From: Pseudovirgaria hyperparasitica
Taxonomy: Eukaryota
DNA: 64,000 nucleotides
NCBI GenBank assembly: GCA_010093815.1
Contig: ML996571.1
Direction: 5' to 3' (one strand)
Positions 25,731 to 38,295 of the stretch are shown in pieces. Made by a program: the position numbers and the translations under genes. The notes under the pieces were generated by a model. The model worked only from the letters and a program-made list of their open reading frames with translations. It did no database searches and had not been told where the DNA came from. Numbering within the stretch: the first letter of the stretch is position 1; each line of letters begins with the position of its first letter.

Positions 25731-27608
25731 TCATACCTTCAACGCGCGAGTGTTGGCTTCCAAAGCTTTTAGATCAGCCTCACCCTCTTCCCTGAAACGT
25801 TTCTTACTATCGTTCCAAGTCTGACGCATATCTCTGATCTCCTCGTTTTTGTTCTCCCTCCAAAGCCACGACGGCAAATTTCTCGTCGTCAACATCAAAT
25901 AACTGCTGTCGCGCTTTTCGATCTTCTTTTGTAGCTTGGTTTTCTTTCCGCTAGATTCCTGAGGTAAAGCTTTGTCGGGAACCAAGCGCAAGAGAAGATC
26001 ACGACATTGAAAGTCTTGGGCAGTGCGAGCAACCTCAAAGAGGCTGCACGTTGTTGCTGAGTCAAGTTTATATTGTTTCAATAGCTGCTTGATGAGCTCA
26101 TTCTGACTCTTGCTCGATAATTTGTAGCCACGGTTCATGAGATGCTCGATAGTACCAAGCTTCAGGATGCTCACGGTAGTTGAACCCCGAATTTCGGGCA
26201 TAGGGTCGAAAGGAGTATCTTCTCCAAAACTTGAGTCTTCGGTGACCTCACCGTCTGGCGTCTCGGGCGCTCTGTTATCTATCAACAGATCGACGTACCG
26301 TTCCCAGCTGGCAAACAGTTTAGCTTTCTTCTCCAGCCATAGTTTCAGATCCATCTTTGCCGCACCGGTGGGCTGGACGTCGTAGTCGTAGGACAATAGG
26401 TCTCTAACTTTGTATCTCGTCCTTTGTTCCTGTATACAAAACTTCAATACAGAGTAGAACATTGGGTCAGCGAGTTTCTTCGGTGTCCACTTTTTGAGCA
26501 GAGACTCTGGAGTGCCTCGAGAACCCCATAGCACCCAAGTGGAAGCCTCTGGGCGATTGGAAGGCTCAGGAAGATTCAAACCGGTCCCTAAGACTTTAAG
26601 AGCTAATACCCCACCAAGAGGTGTATATCCCGTAGCGCTGTCTCCCCAATTTTTGATGGCCATAGCATATGCATGGAGTGGTAATATCCATTGCATCTTA
26701 TAGTGTGACAGTTGAAACACGCCCCTTTCCGGATTTGCACCCAAATCAAGACATCGTCGGACCCATTTTGGTCCAAGCTGTGGCATTGTGTAGTAGGCTG
26801 CAAACAAGGGTTCCTCTAATGCTAATCGTGCCCGGTATCCGTAGTCCAAGCCCAATTCTACCTTGGCACCTCTAGAAAGGAGAAGCTGAAAGGTCTCGTC
26901 ATCATTATAGAGTATTGCTGCCGACAACGGAGACAAGGCCTCCTCCTCTCTGTGCCCCTTCCTGGGACCTCTGAGATGCACGACGAAATTGGGATCAACA
27001 CCTTTCTCAAGGAGCCATGCCACATCCTGTAACCGACCACCCTGCTCGATGCAAGTGATGAGCGCCGGCGACAACACTTCGTTCTCGAATTTGGGGAGAG
27101 TTGACACCAGGCCAGCGTTAACGAGATATTGAAGAAGGCGCCAACTACCAGGAACACGAAGGGCATTATAAAAGGCAAGTCCTCCATTGTTTTGCAGTAA
27201 GTCCTCGTTCTTGGCACAAGCACCATGTTCAATGAGAAACTTCACTGCTTCAACGTGCCCGCGACGAGCTAGAAAAATAGTAGACCTTTCCTTGAAGGCG
27301 GACCTGTAAAGGTGGTGGATTTTCACATAGCTGGGATCAGCCCCAAGGGAGAGAGCCTTGCGAATCTCTTCGACATTGCCTCTCTTACATCCATGGCGCA
27401 TTTGCAAAGCGGATACTTTGGGGTCTGCGTGGATGTTCGATTCCGTCCGGGCATTGAGATGACGGCTGCATCTCGAGAGGTTGATAAGGTCGCGATAGTT
27501 GGGGCCGGTGAGATATGCAGCAATCATATCATGAAGCTCCCGGGGAAGAGCTTCGATAGGAGAAAGCATCAGAGGACTGTCGGTAGAGGGTTGTGTATTA
27601 CTGTTCAT
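25731..27608 (-). CDS. F-box plus ankyrin-repeat protein
   Basis: IEALPRELHDMIAAYL (F-box); GHVEAVKFLIEHGA, WLLEKGVDPN, SPLSAAI..LLLSRGA (ankyrin); intronless 625 aa. Confidence 0.8.
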   Translation of the reverse strand: MNSNTQPSTDSPLMLSPIEALPRELHDMIAAYLTGPNYRDLINLSRCSRHLNARTESNIHADPKVSALQMRHGCKRGNVEEIRKALSLGADPSYVKIHHLYRSAFKERSTIFLARRGHVEAVKFLIEHGACAKNEDLLQNNGGLAFYNALRVPGSWRLLQYLVNAGLVSTLPKFENEVLSPALITCIEQGGRLQDVAWLLEKGVDPNFVVHLRGPRKGHREEEALSPLSAAILYNDDETFQLLLSRGAKVELGLDYGYRARLALEEPLFAAYYTMPQLGPKWVRRCLDLGANPERGVFQLSHYKMQWILPLHAYAMAIKNWGDSATGYTPLGGVLALKVLGTGLNLPEPSNRPEASTWVLWGSRGTPESLLKKWTPKKLADPMFYSVLKFCIQEQRTRYKVRDLLSYDYDVQPTGAAKMDLKLWLEKKAKLFASWERYVDLLIDNRAPETPDGEVTEDSSFGEDTPFDPMPEIRGSTTVSILKLGTIEHLMNRGYKLSSKSQNELIKQLLKQYKLDSATTCSLFEVARTAQDFQCRDLLLRLVPDKALPQESSGKKTKLQKKIEKRDSSYLMLTTRNLPSWLWRENKNEEIRDMRQTWNDSKKRFREEGEADLKALEANTRALKV

Positions 27609-28822
27609 GTCGTTGAGATCTCGGGACCCGAAGAAGGAAGCACACTGCAGCTTCGCTTCGATGATCCTATTTGCGGAGTTGATCGAGAACAGTCGTTTTT
27701 TTCAAGACCACACCAATGTTTGGAGTCACCCCAAAGATGTTCTCCAATGAGAGGATGAAACATCAAACTAATTAGTATGAGTCGAAGCAAAACATCGAGG
27801 GAGTCTCGGCCGAGCCCGCTTTAGGCTTAGCATCCCTAGTCTGTACTAGCGCTGGGCTTAATTGAACCCTTGACCCTTGGGAGCGAAAAACCCATCACAA
27901 GTTTAGTATATATATTATGCTATGCTAATTACCATGCCCATGGGAAATACCCTCTGAAGGCAGACCGTCTATTTCATCCTCTTCCGTAACATGCCTCGCA
28001 ATACCATGTATGCGACATATGCCAGGCTATATGGCCTTTCTTATCATTTACGACCGAGAGCTTCATAGTTCAAAACCCACAACTTTAGAAAATCCGCCTT
28101 ACCAACGCCTCGCTAGTAGTAATCGACATTTTAGTATTATGTTCGCCAAGTCCGTTAGTTGTCCTGTTGTCCTGTTCCTGAGTATGCAATAGTGTACTGC
28201 CCTCCTATTGGCTTGTTCGTTAAACAGGATTGCATAATGTGATTGCGCCAAGCACCATCCGTGCCAAAACCACTTGCGGCCATCTATCGAAGCGAGGCGA
28301 AAAGCTTCTTGAAACGCTTACTTTATCCTGAAGAAGAACTAACCTCGCGCCACAGATACTTCTATCCAGGAACCGTAACCAAGTTCAGTTCTACCACTGA
28401 CTCTTCCCTTCACCGCGGGTCCGCGGCTGCCTGTTCTTTACAAAGTTGTCATGACTAGTTCCATCTCTGCGAAGCAGACATCAGGGCTTGGATCCTTTGG
28501 GAGGTTTGCACTTCTCGTGGCACACGGTGAACGCGATGCTGCCTGGAATACCAAGCTCTCCAATTTCGCTTTCGTTTCCACCTCGCCAACAAGCGAAGGA
28601 TGTTCTCGAGTATATTTATAAATGGCCCATGGCCCTGCTGAAAATCCTCAACAATTACCAGTGCGCAGATCCGATTCCCTCTCCGGTTCACGGCTTCTGA
28701 AGGTTTTCAGTGCATCTACCATTGCGTCACTCGTTTTCCTGATCTAGTAATATATAAACATTCTGCCTCTTCAATTTTGGAGTTGTCTCTTTACACTTTT
28801 CTCCCCCTTCGACAACACCAAA

Positions 28823-29599
28823 ATGAAGCTCTCTACCATCACCACCATTATTCTTCCACTCCTCTCCAGCCTCGCTCTGGCAACCGACATCGACGTCTCC
28901 CATAAAGAAGTCGAAGTCGTTATCAATGTTTTCCTAGTTGGATCATCTAGCTATTACTATTATGACGCTTCCGTCATCGCCGCTGATAGCTCCGCGACAA
29001 CACTCACTCTTGGCCTCCCTCAATCCGAAGTCGACTACTACGCAACTGCCTACGACGACGATTATTACGGCGACTATACCTACGCCACCCCAACTATCAC
29101 TATCACCCAGGGAGACTCTTTCATGGTCGCACAGGTCACTGATGCCCCATACACTACACACCTTAGCTGTGATATCACTGGCACAACAGAAGCGACGTGT
29201 CATGAAACCATGATGAGTGCCAGCAGGAACGGAGAGGGCGCGTACACCCGTATCAGTGAGACAACGTATGGGGAAGAAGATGTTGAGGAGGGATTTTATC
29301 CCGTCACAATCACAGCTGGTGTCGACAAGGTACTGGCTGCTGAGAGCGCGCAAACCGAGACTAGATTTACTTTGACTGGACTTCGTAAGTACATATCTCT
29401 TCTTATCTCTGTTATAAAGCTGAAGAGTCAAATAGCTACTCTGGCACCAACCCAGAATACTGATGGCCAGTCAGAACCGACTACGAACGTCCCTGTTGCA
29501 CCAACTCCCACTTCCACGGGCGCGGCTGCGGCGGTGACCTTCGTGCAGGGTGGAATGGTAGCCGGCGTCGCTGCTGCAATGGCTGCATTGGCTTTGTAG
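28823..29599 (+). CDS. Secreted Ser/Thr-rich GPI-anchored cell-wall protein; probable in-frame intron 29385-29435
   Basis: Signal peptide, C-x(8)-C core, PVTITAG, STGAAA omega region and hydrophobic C-terminus; TATATAAA near 28751. Confidence 0.85.
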   Translation: MKLSTITTIILPLLSSLALATDIDVSHKEVEVVINVFLVGSSSYYYYDASVIAADSSATTLTLGLPQSEVDYYATAYDDDYYGDYTYATPTITITQGDSFMVAQVTDAPYTTHLSCDITGTTEATCHETMMSASRNGEGAYTRISETTYGEEDVEEGFYPVTITAGVDKVLAAESAQTETRFTLTGLRKYISLLISVIKLKSQIATLAPTQNTDGQSEPTTNVPVAPTPTSTGAAAAVTFVQGGMVAGVAAAMAALAL

Positions 29600-29719
29600 C
29601 CTTTGTATTCCGAGGACGCAGAAATGACACGAGCGATTATTGGCAGCCAGTGTTGATACCACCACGAGGACGAATCAATTAGATACCACACTTGTAATGT
29701 TTTATGTTGACGCATAATA

Positions 29720-31379
29720 TCACTCCACCTTGGTGGTATGGTTTGCCTCTTGCTCTAGCTCGTCTTCGTATACGTTGATCTTGTACGATGCAAACTCCCT
29801 CGCGCTCACCTTCCTGTGAAACATTACATCGGCTTCTTCGTAGCTCCGTCCTCGAAGCTCGGGTAGTCTGAAGTACGCCCATAGCGCTGTTAACGCTGCA
29901 GTACCACACCAAAAGAATCCTGCTTTGCCTTTCCAGTTGCCTTCGGTTGGATTGATCATGTATCTATCCATGCTTAGTGAAGACGGACGGGCTAATGATA
30001 AGCTTAACTTACGGATGTATAACATTGGCAACGATCTGTGTTATATTGTAAGCATTTCTCGACAAACAGATTGATTTGGCTCGCAATCTGATGGAAGAGG
30101 TTTCGCTAATGATTATGAAGCAGATTGGCCCAACAGTCATGGTATAGGTTCCCAGCCATAGTAAGCAGAGAGCGACCTGACCCCATTGTGACCCTGGACT
30201 ATCCACAACACCGAGGATTCCAATGATGAAGAGATAGGTGGAGCAACAGACCAGTCCTGTAGTATAAAGAGTCCGGCGACCAAACCGACCCAAAAGGAAC
30301 CATGAGGTGACGTTGCAGATGAATGCAAGTGAAGTGCCACCGACGGCAATCTTGTAATTATTCTGTGTGGATATTCCGGCTTGCTCGAAGAAGTATGTTG
30401 GACCATATGCAAAAGCCGATCCCGACAAAACTTGGCCGGCAAACGTCATGCAGACAATTTCTGTACGGCGTCGATCACTGCCCTTGAAGCAATCGATGTA
30501 GTTCGAGCCCGAGGATACTTCGTCTTCGATCTGGAGCGTGTGTATGATTTGCGCAATCGTCCTTTTGTTTTCGTCTTCCGTTCCTTCTCCAAGTTGCCGC
30601 AATGCTTTCTTCGCCTTGGTGAAATGCTTGTTCTTGACCAACCACCAGGGCGATTCTGGGGCGAAGAGGATGATGCAGAATAGTGGTAGCGGCCATGCCC
30701 ATTGTACACCGTATGCTACTCTATACGACCACTCACTGTCCATCTGCAGTGCCCCATAGAGAACACCGGCGGCAATGAGCTGGCCGATACACCAACAAAG
30801 ATTGATATAGTTTGTCAAGTATCCTCGCAGAACCATGGGACAGACTTCACTCGCATAGGCAGGCCCAGACGTGGCAAAGACTCCCCACATCAAGCCTGCC
30901 AACACTTGCGCAGTAACCAGTACAGCCGGGCTCTTTGCGAAGAAGAAGATGAAAATGAACCAATTCAGTATGAAAAGGGCCACAAGCATGACTTTCTTAT
31001 ACCCAAACTTTTGGCTCAGATAACCATTCGCAAACCCACCGATGATTATTCCTGCATTCGCGCCATTCGAGAGTCCAGCTTGCCATGGTCCAGAGACTTG
31101 GTAGCCAATGCCCTCGTAGTATGTACCAAACTGCTTCTGGAAGGCTGGGTACGCGAAGAACTGATATATGAGCCCGACGTCGTAGCCTTCCATAATGACG
31201 GTCAAGGAAATTATAGCAGACCATATAGCAGCCTTGCGGTGTTTGACGAGGGCTTCGCGTAGGGTCAACTGGTGCTCGGCGGCAGCTGCTTGGGCTGCAT
31301 CTTTGGTGTTCTCGAAGTCTGAGCTGCTTTCGAGATGTTCGACAGTATCACTGTTTGCGGCAGCTTTTTCGTTCGCCAT
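29720..31379 (-). CDS. MFS maltose/alpha-glucoside permease; intron 29964-30012
   Basis: IMEGYD, YASEVCP..LRGYLT, PESPWWLV, RRRTEI, PYMINP..NWKGK, LPELRGRSYEE. Confidence 0.92.
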
Positions 31380-32337
31380 GCTGACTTGCTCAAAGGATCG
31401 GTATGGGTCATGCAAATGCTTGTGCCACGGCTGGCGACGTGGGATGCTCCTAGGTTATAAGGAGAAACACCACACGGCAGACGATTCAGCACGACCAGAA
31501 TCATGGCCTCTCGTGACCTGTGGCACCAGGGATACGATTCAGATGCCGACTATATAATCATGGAATTGCCATATGCAACTTGCGGCTTGCGGGAAACTGC
31601 GCTCTGATTCGCTGTAGGTCACCCCGCTTTCGCCTGAGAATCTGGGGAACAAGGGGAAGTTTGGGGACCGATGATGCCGATCAGTTCTTGATAAGAAACA
31701 TCTGGACTCGTCGCCATCAGCTTCTAGATGCAACTTGATAGCCCCAGGATGATTTTGCAGCACCAGAATTCAAGAAAGTAAGAGTGATACATTCGTCGTC
31801 TCATCCACGGACACAGTTCAGTGGGACGTAGCACAAAACCTGCACATGAACAGAAAGCATCTTTGCGGTCGTACAGAAGGAAGACACGGGAAGATAGCCT
31901 CAGGTTGCGGCACAGCATAAGACGCTGGACCAATCAATGTCGATCTGCCACGAGGGATGATGCGTGAGTATCTCATCGTGCAGTTCACGAAAGCACGAGT
32001 ATAGATCACATAGCCTCGACGATCGAAATGATTCTCCTTCTTAGACGTGAAATGTACCGAACAATGGTCAAATAGAGAACCGGGACGGGCCAGAGTATGT
32101 ATTGAGGAGGACTGGGGAGTCTTTATATGTAAATCAAGCCTCGTTCCGAGATCAGCATTTACTAGTATACGGTGCTCCTGGGATGTACTAAAATAGGAAA
32201 TCATTCACCCATTCCTTTCATTTCCTCCATTTCCCCCACTGTCTCCATTTCCCCGACATGAGGTCGTTTCACAGTTTGACAGTAACGCTCTATTCGACGA
32301 CATCTTCAACTCGCCCGACATGCTTCTACAGTCTTCT

Positions 32338-33004
32338 TTAAGGCGTGAGGATATCAACTAAAACTGGCAAGAGAGCCTTCGGAACAGTAGCATCAGCATA
32401 CACGGCCTGTAGCTTGCAAGGCTCCAACGTATACGTGAGATATGCGTCGAAGAAAGCTTCTACCGGAGTAGGTATAGCGTGAAGTGCACCAAGGACCTTT
32501 ACAGTTGATCATCAGCTTAGGACAAGCAAGATATACAAAAGATTCCTAACAGAAAGAGGGCCTGCCACTTACCACCGTGACGTTAAAGAAGTTATGGGTG
32601 TCGTCAGTGTTCACGAAGGCATGGGCCTCCACCGACGTCAAGAGCTCATAGAGAATCGCCAGGAAACTAATCGTGGATTGTCGGTCATGTGAGACCTGTA
32701 TCCCACCGATGTGGTTCGGGTTGCTTTATGAAAGTCAGCTCGTGGCATCTGTTATTGTGCTGATAGAGCCCAGATCTACAACTTACACGGTGATGCTGGC
32801 ATCATCACTGAAAGGATAAGCCGTGTAGGTCGCAACGGACTGTTGGAGGGTAGGCTCTACGATAGCAGCCACGGCCCTTTTCGCCAATTCGATACGAGCG
32901 GGGGCATCGCAAGCGGTTCTGGGCCTGTTGAGGCTGCGTGCAAAGGCGAAATGCGGAGAGAGAAGAAATCCATAAAGGAAAGTGACCAAGCTTAAGGCGT
33001 ACAT
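32338..33004 (-). CDS. Small secreted protein, 175 aa, 3 exons (33004-32787, 32723-32573, 32496-32338), NTF2/SnoaL-like (tentative)
   Basis: Signal peptide; two GTAAGT..GCTGAY..AAG introns give a continuous frame to TAA; only two Cys. Confidence 0.75.
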
Positions 33005-36000
33005 GTTGTTCCTAGGAACTATCACAGTTCCAGTCATTAATAACCATTTATGCAAGGCTCAAAGCACCGATGATACTTACAGATTGCAAAGTTGAAGCGT
33101 ATATGCCAATTGGAAAACGAGGTGAGCAATCTTGTTGATGAGGTCTTTGAATGTTATACTCGAATATATATACTTTCATTCACCGAGTTTCCAATCCACT
33201 TTCGTACAGTAGTACCTAGCCATGAGGAGATACAGTGGTGGGTATTCTGTCAAATCAGGGCAGAGTTCTGATTCCACCACGGAAGATGGCTTGCATTTGC
33301 ATGACAGAAAAAGGAAAATGTCGTCTCCACTGAGAACAATTCGCACGACCAATTGCCGCATACGTATTAATTAGGCGAGTTTGCGATATCCTCCAGCCAG
33401 CCTTTGGTCATATAGGCTGGCGGTTGGGATTCTAAAGGATTACAACGAACGTAGTCTTGTGACGAGTACGAGTATCCACCACAACTGCAGATGGATCATC
33501 CTGATTCCAAATTGAAGTCCTCGCCCCAGCGCCCCCACTCCAGCGACCAACTAACAAATACCCACAGTTTTTAGTTCATCGCGAGTTAGCAGTACTCATG
33601 TTAAGCTTAACTCCAGTGCGAGTCTGTGAGATCTGCCCAAGCAACACCGAGTTTACCAGATCAAGCAATAAGCAGAGGGACTATAGTAACCTTGATAGCT
33701 GATTTCGCTGTCTCTAGCCTTACCCTTTGCAATTTATTAAGTTCGAGATATCTCTAGTCTCTAGAAGTATTGGATCCAAGTATAGTAGCAATATTCACAA
33801 GGGTCTACATATAAGTGCATAAACCTTCTACTAGATTTAGCATCGAAACCTCTCATTGAATATCTGTTTACCTCAGCATGAATTAACAAAATCGCTCAAT
33901 TGCATACTTTTTGCTATATCCTCCTGCACCCTCTCTTCCTCGAGCAAATCGTGTTAGTCGCACTTGTAGCCAATGCAATGCACATTCATGTAGTTACTTA
34001 CGAGGTGAGCGCATTAGGTGCTATCATCCGACTATAGCTAAGCAATCCTTTCACGAGGACTAAGACATTCGCCAACGGGGCGATATCTCATCCTATAGAA
34101 TATGCGCATGACTTCCAAAATGCGCCATGCGATGACTTCCAGCCCATTGAGCCCACATGGCGGCCTTATGGAACCCCCATTCGCTGTCCACCTTAGAGCT
34201 CCCTCACAATGCGCAGGAGAGTTCGCGGTATCGTCATCCGCGCATTAATTACGAGTCTAAGAACCATAAAGCAAGTACAAAGCTTCTATAGTGCCTAAAG
34301 GCTAGTTGTAGACGACCAATGTTAATGATTTCATAGGGTATGTAGGGTTGCACTTGCTCCTGTTATAAGAGTCATCGTTCGACTGATTATCATGAAAGCC
34401 ATACTACCACTGCATTCCTTATGACTACTTACCAAGTCACTGATTGTCATAAGCCACCCAAGCCACCTCCCTGTCCTTAATGGCACCTTATAATGAACAT
34501 TTGGGCTCATGACTGAAGCCACCGTCCCCTCGGTACAGCACACATTATGCATCTTGAAATACTTCTAGCCGTATGCACATAGATCACTCAACCTTTGTTC
34601 CAGACTAAATTATTCAGAGTCACCCTTGTCTTCGTGTAGAGAATCAGCCTGGCGGTATCGTATAACTCCAATGAAGGGGTTCTAGTGGATGGATCAGCTT
34701 CGCAGCTATGTACAATTATGTCGCGGCTGTGACTTACGCCATCTAACCTGCTGCAGAAAAGGTTACAAATGCGAGAGGATATCACTCGGCATGGAAACCG
34801 TATAAGTTGAGGAGCATATCGAAGGGATCTTGTCCTTTCACTGGTGTATTTTCTGAATTTAACCCTATATCTATTATTGAGCAAGTGGCGCTATCCTCAT
34901 AAAAAGCTCAGCTCTTATGGTTCAAGTAAACTCATGCATGACCTGCAGAAATAGTATGTTACCCACAGGGCAGCGTCTAGGCGATGATATAACTAATCCA
35001 ATGGTAATGCCATGCCGAAATACGAAAATACGACATGCTCAGATGCTTCGTACTTGATTCGACCTTTGTTGATGTTCTATCAAAGCCTCCTAAATATCTG
35101 GAGATGCGACACATCTATCAAAGCGGCCGGAGACAAGATATGATAGGGTAGCACCCTGAAGTCAGTACATATCCTTTTGGGTCACAAACTACCGCCAGTG
35201 ATAACGAAGGGGCTCCGAGCATTACTCAATCCGAGCCCTCCAATATACGTCACAGCAAATTCTGTCGAATGGTAGCCTACACTGCACCGCAATTGGGAGA
35301 AGGGTGCAAAGACTACTGTATGAATCTATAAGAGGAAACAGTCGTGAATGCACCATGATCAACCAGGATCGGAGTTTACAGTTCAAGTGATGAAAGTCTA
35401 CTTTCTCATCGTGCAGACGGTAAACATGCCAAATAGAGCTTCTTCAATCTCACATCATAGTATGTTTGATCACTCATAATGATCGTGATCCATAACCAAA
35501 ATGCAATAATAGATCATAAGAATGCTTCGTACTGCCCATGGTACCCGTGTTTTGACTAACTGATGAGGTCCCAAATAAAGCCATCTTCTAACTTTATAAA
35601 CGACGATACCCGAAATTTGGACAAGACTTAGGGAAGCTTGAAATTAAAAGGGTGTTAATAGTGTAATGTTCAAAGAAGTAGTGTTAGTACATTGTCTTGA
35701 TTCATGTACCATATTTGGTTGTCCAGGATTGCACTGTCGACCGTCATAGTTAAGATGTCATGCTTTGGACTTATATGATATGGTGTCCCATTATGAGGAC
35801 ATCAGTCTGTAGATGACTCCAGGTACTCAAAAGCCTCTTTTCGTTGGTGGCTGTCTTTATCAATATGTACTGTGTATAACAATGTACTAGCCAAGAACGG
35901 CACGACTCAGTCATATCAAAGAGTGGGACCATGGTATAGATAACCGTTGCGAACTGTGGGGTCATAAAAGTGGCACAGTAAGCGATAGTATTATGTTGGT

Positions 36001-36401
36001 AAGCCTACAAGCATGAGCTAGATTGCACATGCAAGGGAGTTCATGTTGACCTTCCCAATCTGGGAACATGTCAGCATTTTTGGCGCGGCATACCAGTTAA
36101 TACTGACCAGGCTATATAGAAAGGTGTTCCAGGTGCTATGTAACATATCCCAGCAATGCACAACCAGCCTTGTATCCGAAGCTAGATTCCTGGTCGCGAA
36201 CGAATTTACCCACAGACTCGGGCAAACGCTGCAGATCCGCTTGTTATCGCAAGAACCTGTACAGACAGGGGAACATGCCTAGACTCTGGGAAGTGACCCA
36301 TCAATTTTCATGGATATATGCTCCTCGTGTAATCCTTTAGGGCGACCTATTACTAAATACACCTCTTGCCACGAGCCCAACGCTTTTTCCCAAAAGCCCC
36401 C

Positions 36402-38295
36402 ATGGAACTTCGAGACGACCTCCATCTACATGATTCTCGAGAATATCGTGAGGAGGTTACCGGGCGGGAGACTGATCCAGTCAATAATGCCACAGAATTC
36501 GACAAGCCTAAGAGATCCCGTGCGAACAAAGAGACGAGAGGATTGACGATAGAAGGATACGAGCCTGAGAAAGATGAGCTTGGAGGAACGATATCTGATA
36601 GTCCTAAGAAGAGCGCAAGCCAATCGGTAAAGACTGAGGATCAACAGGAGGAAGATCAGTATCCGCGGATTGCGACAGCCGACGATATCAACAACTTGCC
36701 TCATGTCATGGCGGATATACCTGCAACAGCATGGTTGCTTATTTTCACTGGCGCGGCGTCAGCTTTTGCGCGATATGGCGCCACAACACCATTCCGTAAG
36801 TCCTCCCTTCTGTTTTTGTTCCACAGATACTCCAGTTTCAATGCATTGTACTGATTTGAGGTCAGAAAATTATATCCAGAATCCCCCAGGCAACACCCAG
36901 CTTCCGGGAGGGTTGGGACTTGGTCAAGCGAAGGCCACAATTGTTACAAGCGCGTTCTCGTTTTTCATATACTTGACACCGCTCCCGCTGGGTATTATCT
37001 CAGATGCATGGCTGGGTCGCTACCATACAATGATGCTCTGCTTGGGGCTGCTGGTCACTGGATATATCATACTGGTGATCACGGCTCTCCCAATTTCCCT
37101 GGAGCATAACGCTGGACTCGGTGGCCTTATTGCTTCAATGGTCTTCATAGGACTTGGTCAAGGAGGGCTGAATTCGGTAATCTTTGTCCTCATTGGAGAC
37201 CAGATTCCCGACACTGCACCCGTTGTCACGAGACGAAGGGGAAAGCTTGTAGTCGTCGACCGACAAATCACCATTCAATTTGTTTTCAACTTTCTCTTCT
37301 GGGCCGTCAATCTGGCCTCTCTATCCATCATTGCGACGACATTCATGGAAAGAGTCAGCTTCTGGGCGGCGTATCTTATACCACTCAGTGTCCTATCGAT
37401 CAGTGTAGTACCCATCTTTGTTTGGCGTGGGCGTCTGGTCAGACCGCCTCGTCAAGAGAACGTCATACCAAAAGCGCTTAGACTGGTCCTCTTGGCTTGC
37501 CGTAACGGATTTCATCTGTCTGCTGCGGATCCGTCTCAGCGCCAGATAGACGTCCCGTGGGATTCACGGTTCGTAGGCGAGATACGGCGCGGTTTCAAAG
37601 CATGCCAAGTTATGATCGTCTTCATAATCTTCTGGCTATGCTATAACCAGATGTGGAACAACATTGTGTCACAGGCCGGACAAATGGAGCTATACGGAAT
37701 CTCTAATGACACGATAGTTTTTTTAAACGTTGCCGCCGTAGTCTTGCTAGGACCGATTATCCAACGTTTACAAGAGCTTCTTAGGCGGTACAAAGTTTCC
37801 TTCGGCCCAATCAGACGGATGTCCGTAGCGTTTGTGCTGAATGCGGTGGGCATGGGGTATGCGGCTGGTTTGCAGAAGCTGATATACTCCCGGGGCCCTT
37901 GCTATTCTTATCCCCTGACGTGTCCTCAAGCGTACACAGAAGGAGTCCGAAGTCCTAACAATGTAAATGTATGGCTCCAAGCTCCAATTCATTTCTTACT
38001 TGGTGCGTCGGAAATTCTAGGGTTCGTGACCATGACGGAGTACGCTTATGCTGAAGCGCCATCAAACATGAAAGCAGTTGTCCAGGCCCTCTCGCAGCTT
38101 ACAATAGCACTTGGCTCGGCCTTGGGAATATCCTTGGGACCAGTTTCTCGGGATCCGTGGTTGGTGATACTGTACAGTTGCTTAGCAGCGACAATGGGAG
38201 TAAGCGCTGTAGTATTCTTTCTTCTTTTCTATAAGTCAGATTATACAAGCGATGTCCATAAGGTCGTTCAGGATAAGGAGAAACTCCAGGAATAG
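36402..38295 (+). CDS. POT/PTR2-family transporter, divergent; intron 36796-36865
   Basis: PF|QNYIQ across intron, GGLGLGQ, ISDAWLGRY, IGDQ, SQAGQM, SEI..EYAY..APSNMK. Confidence 0.9.

Noticed and set aside
27800..27900. tRNA-like element (GGTTCAATT on minus strand)
   Set aside because: No T-stem closure or cloverleaf could be built
33100..36300. Intact transposable element in the gene-poor tract
   Set aside because: No transposase or reverse-transcriptase motifs, terminal repeats or target-site duplications seen
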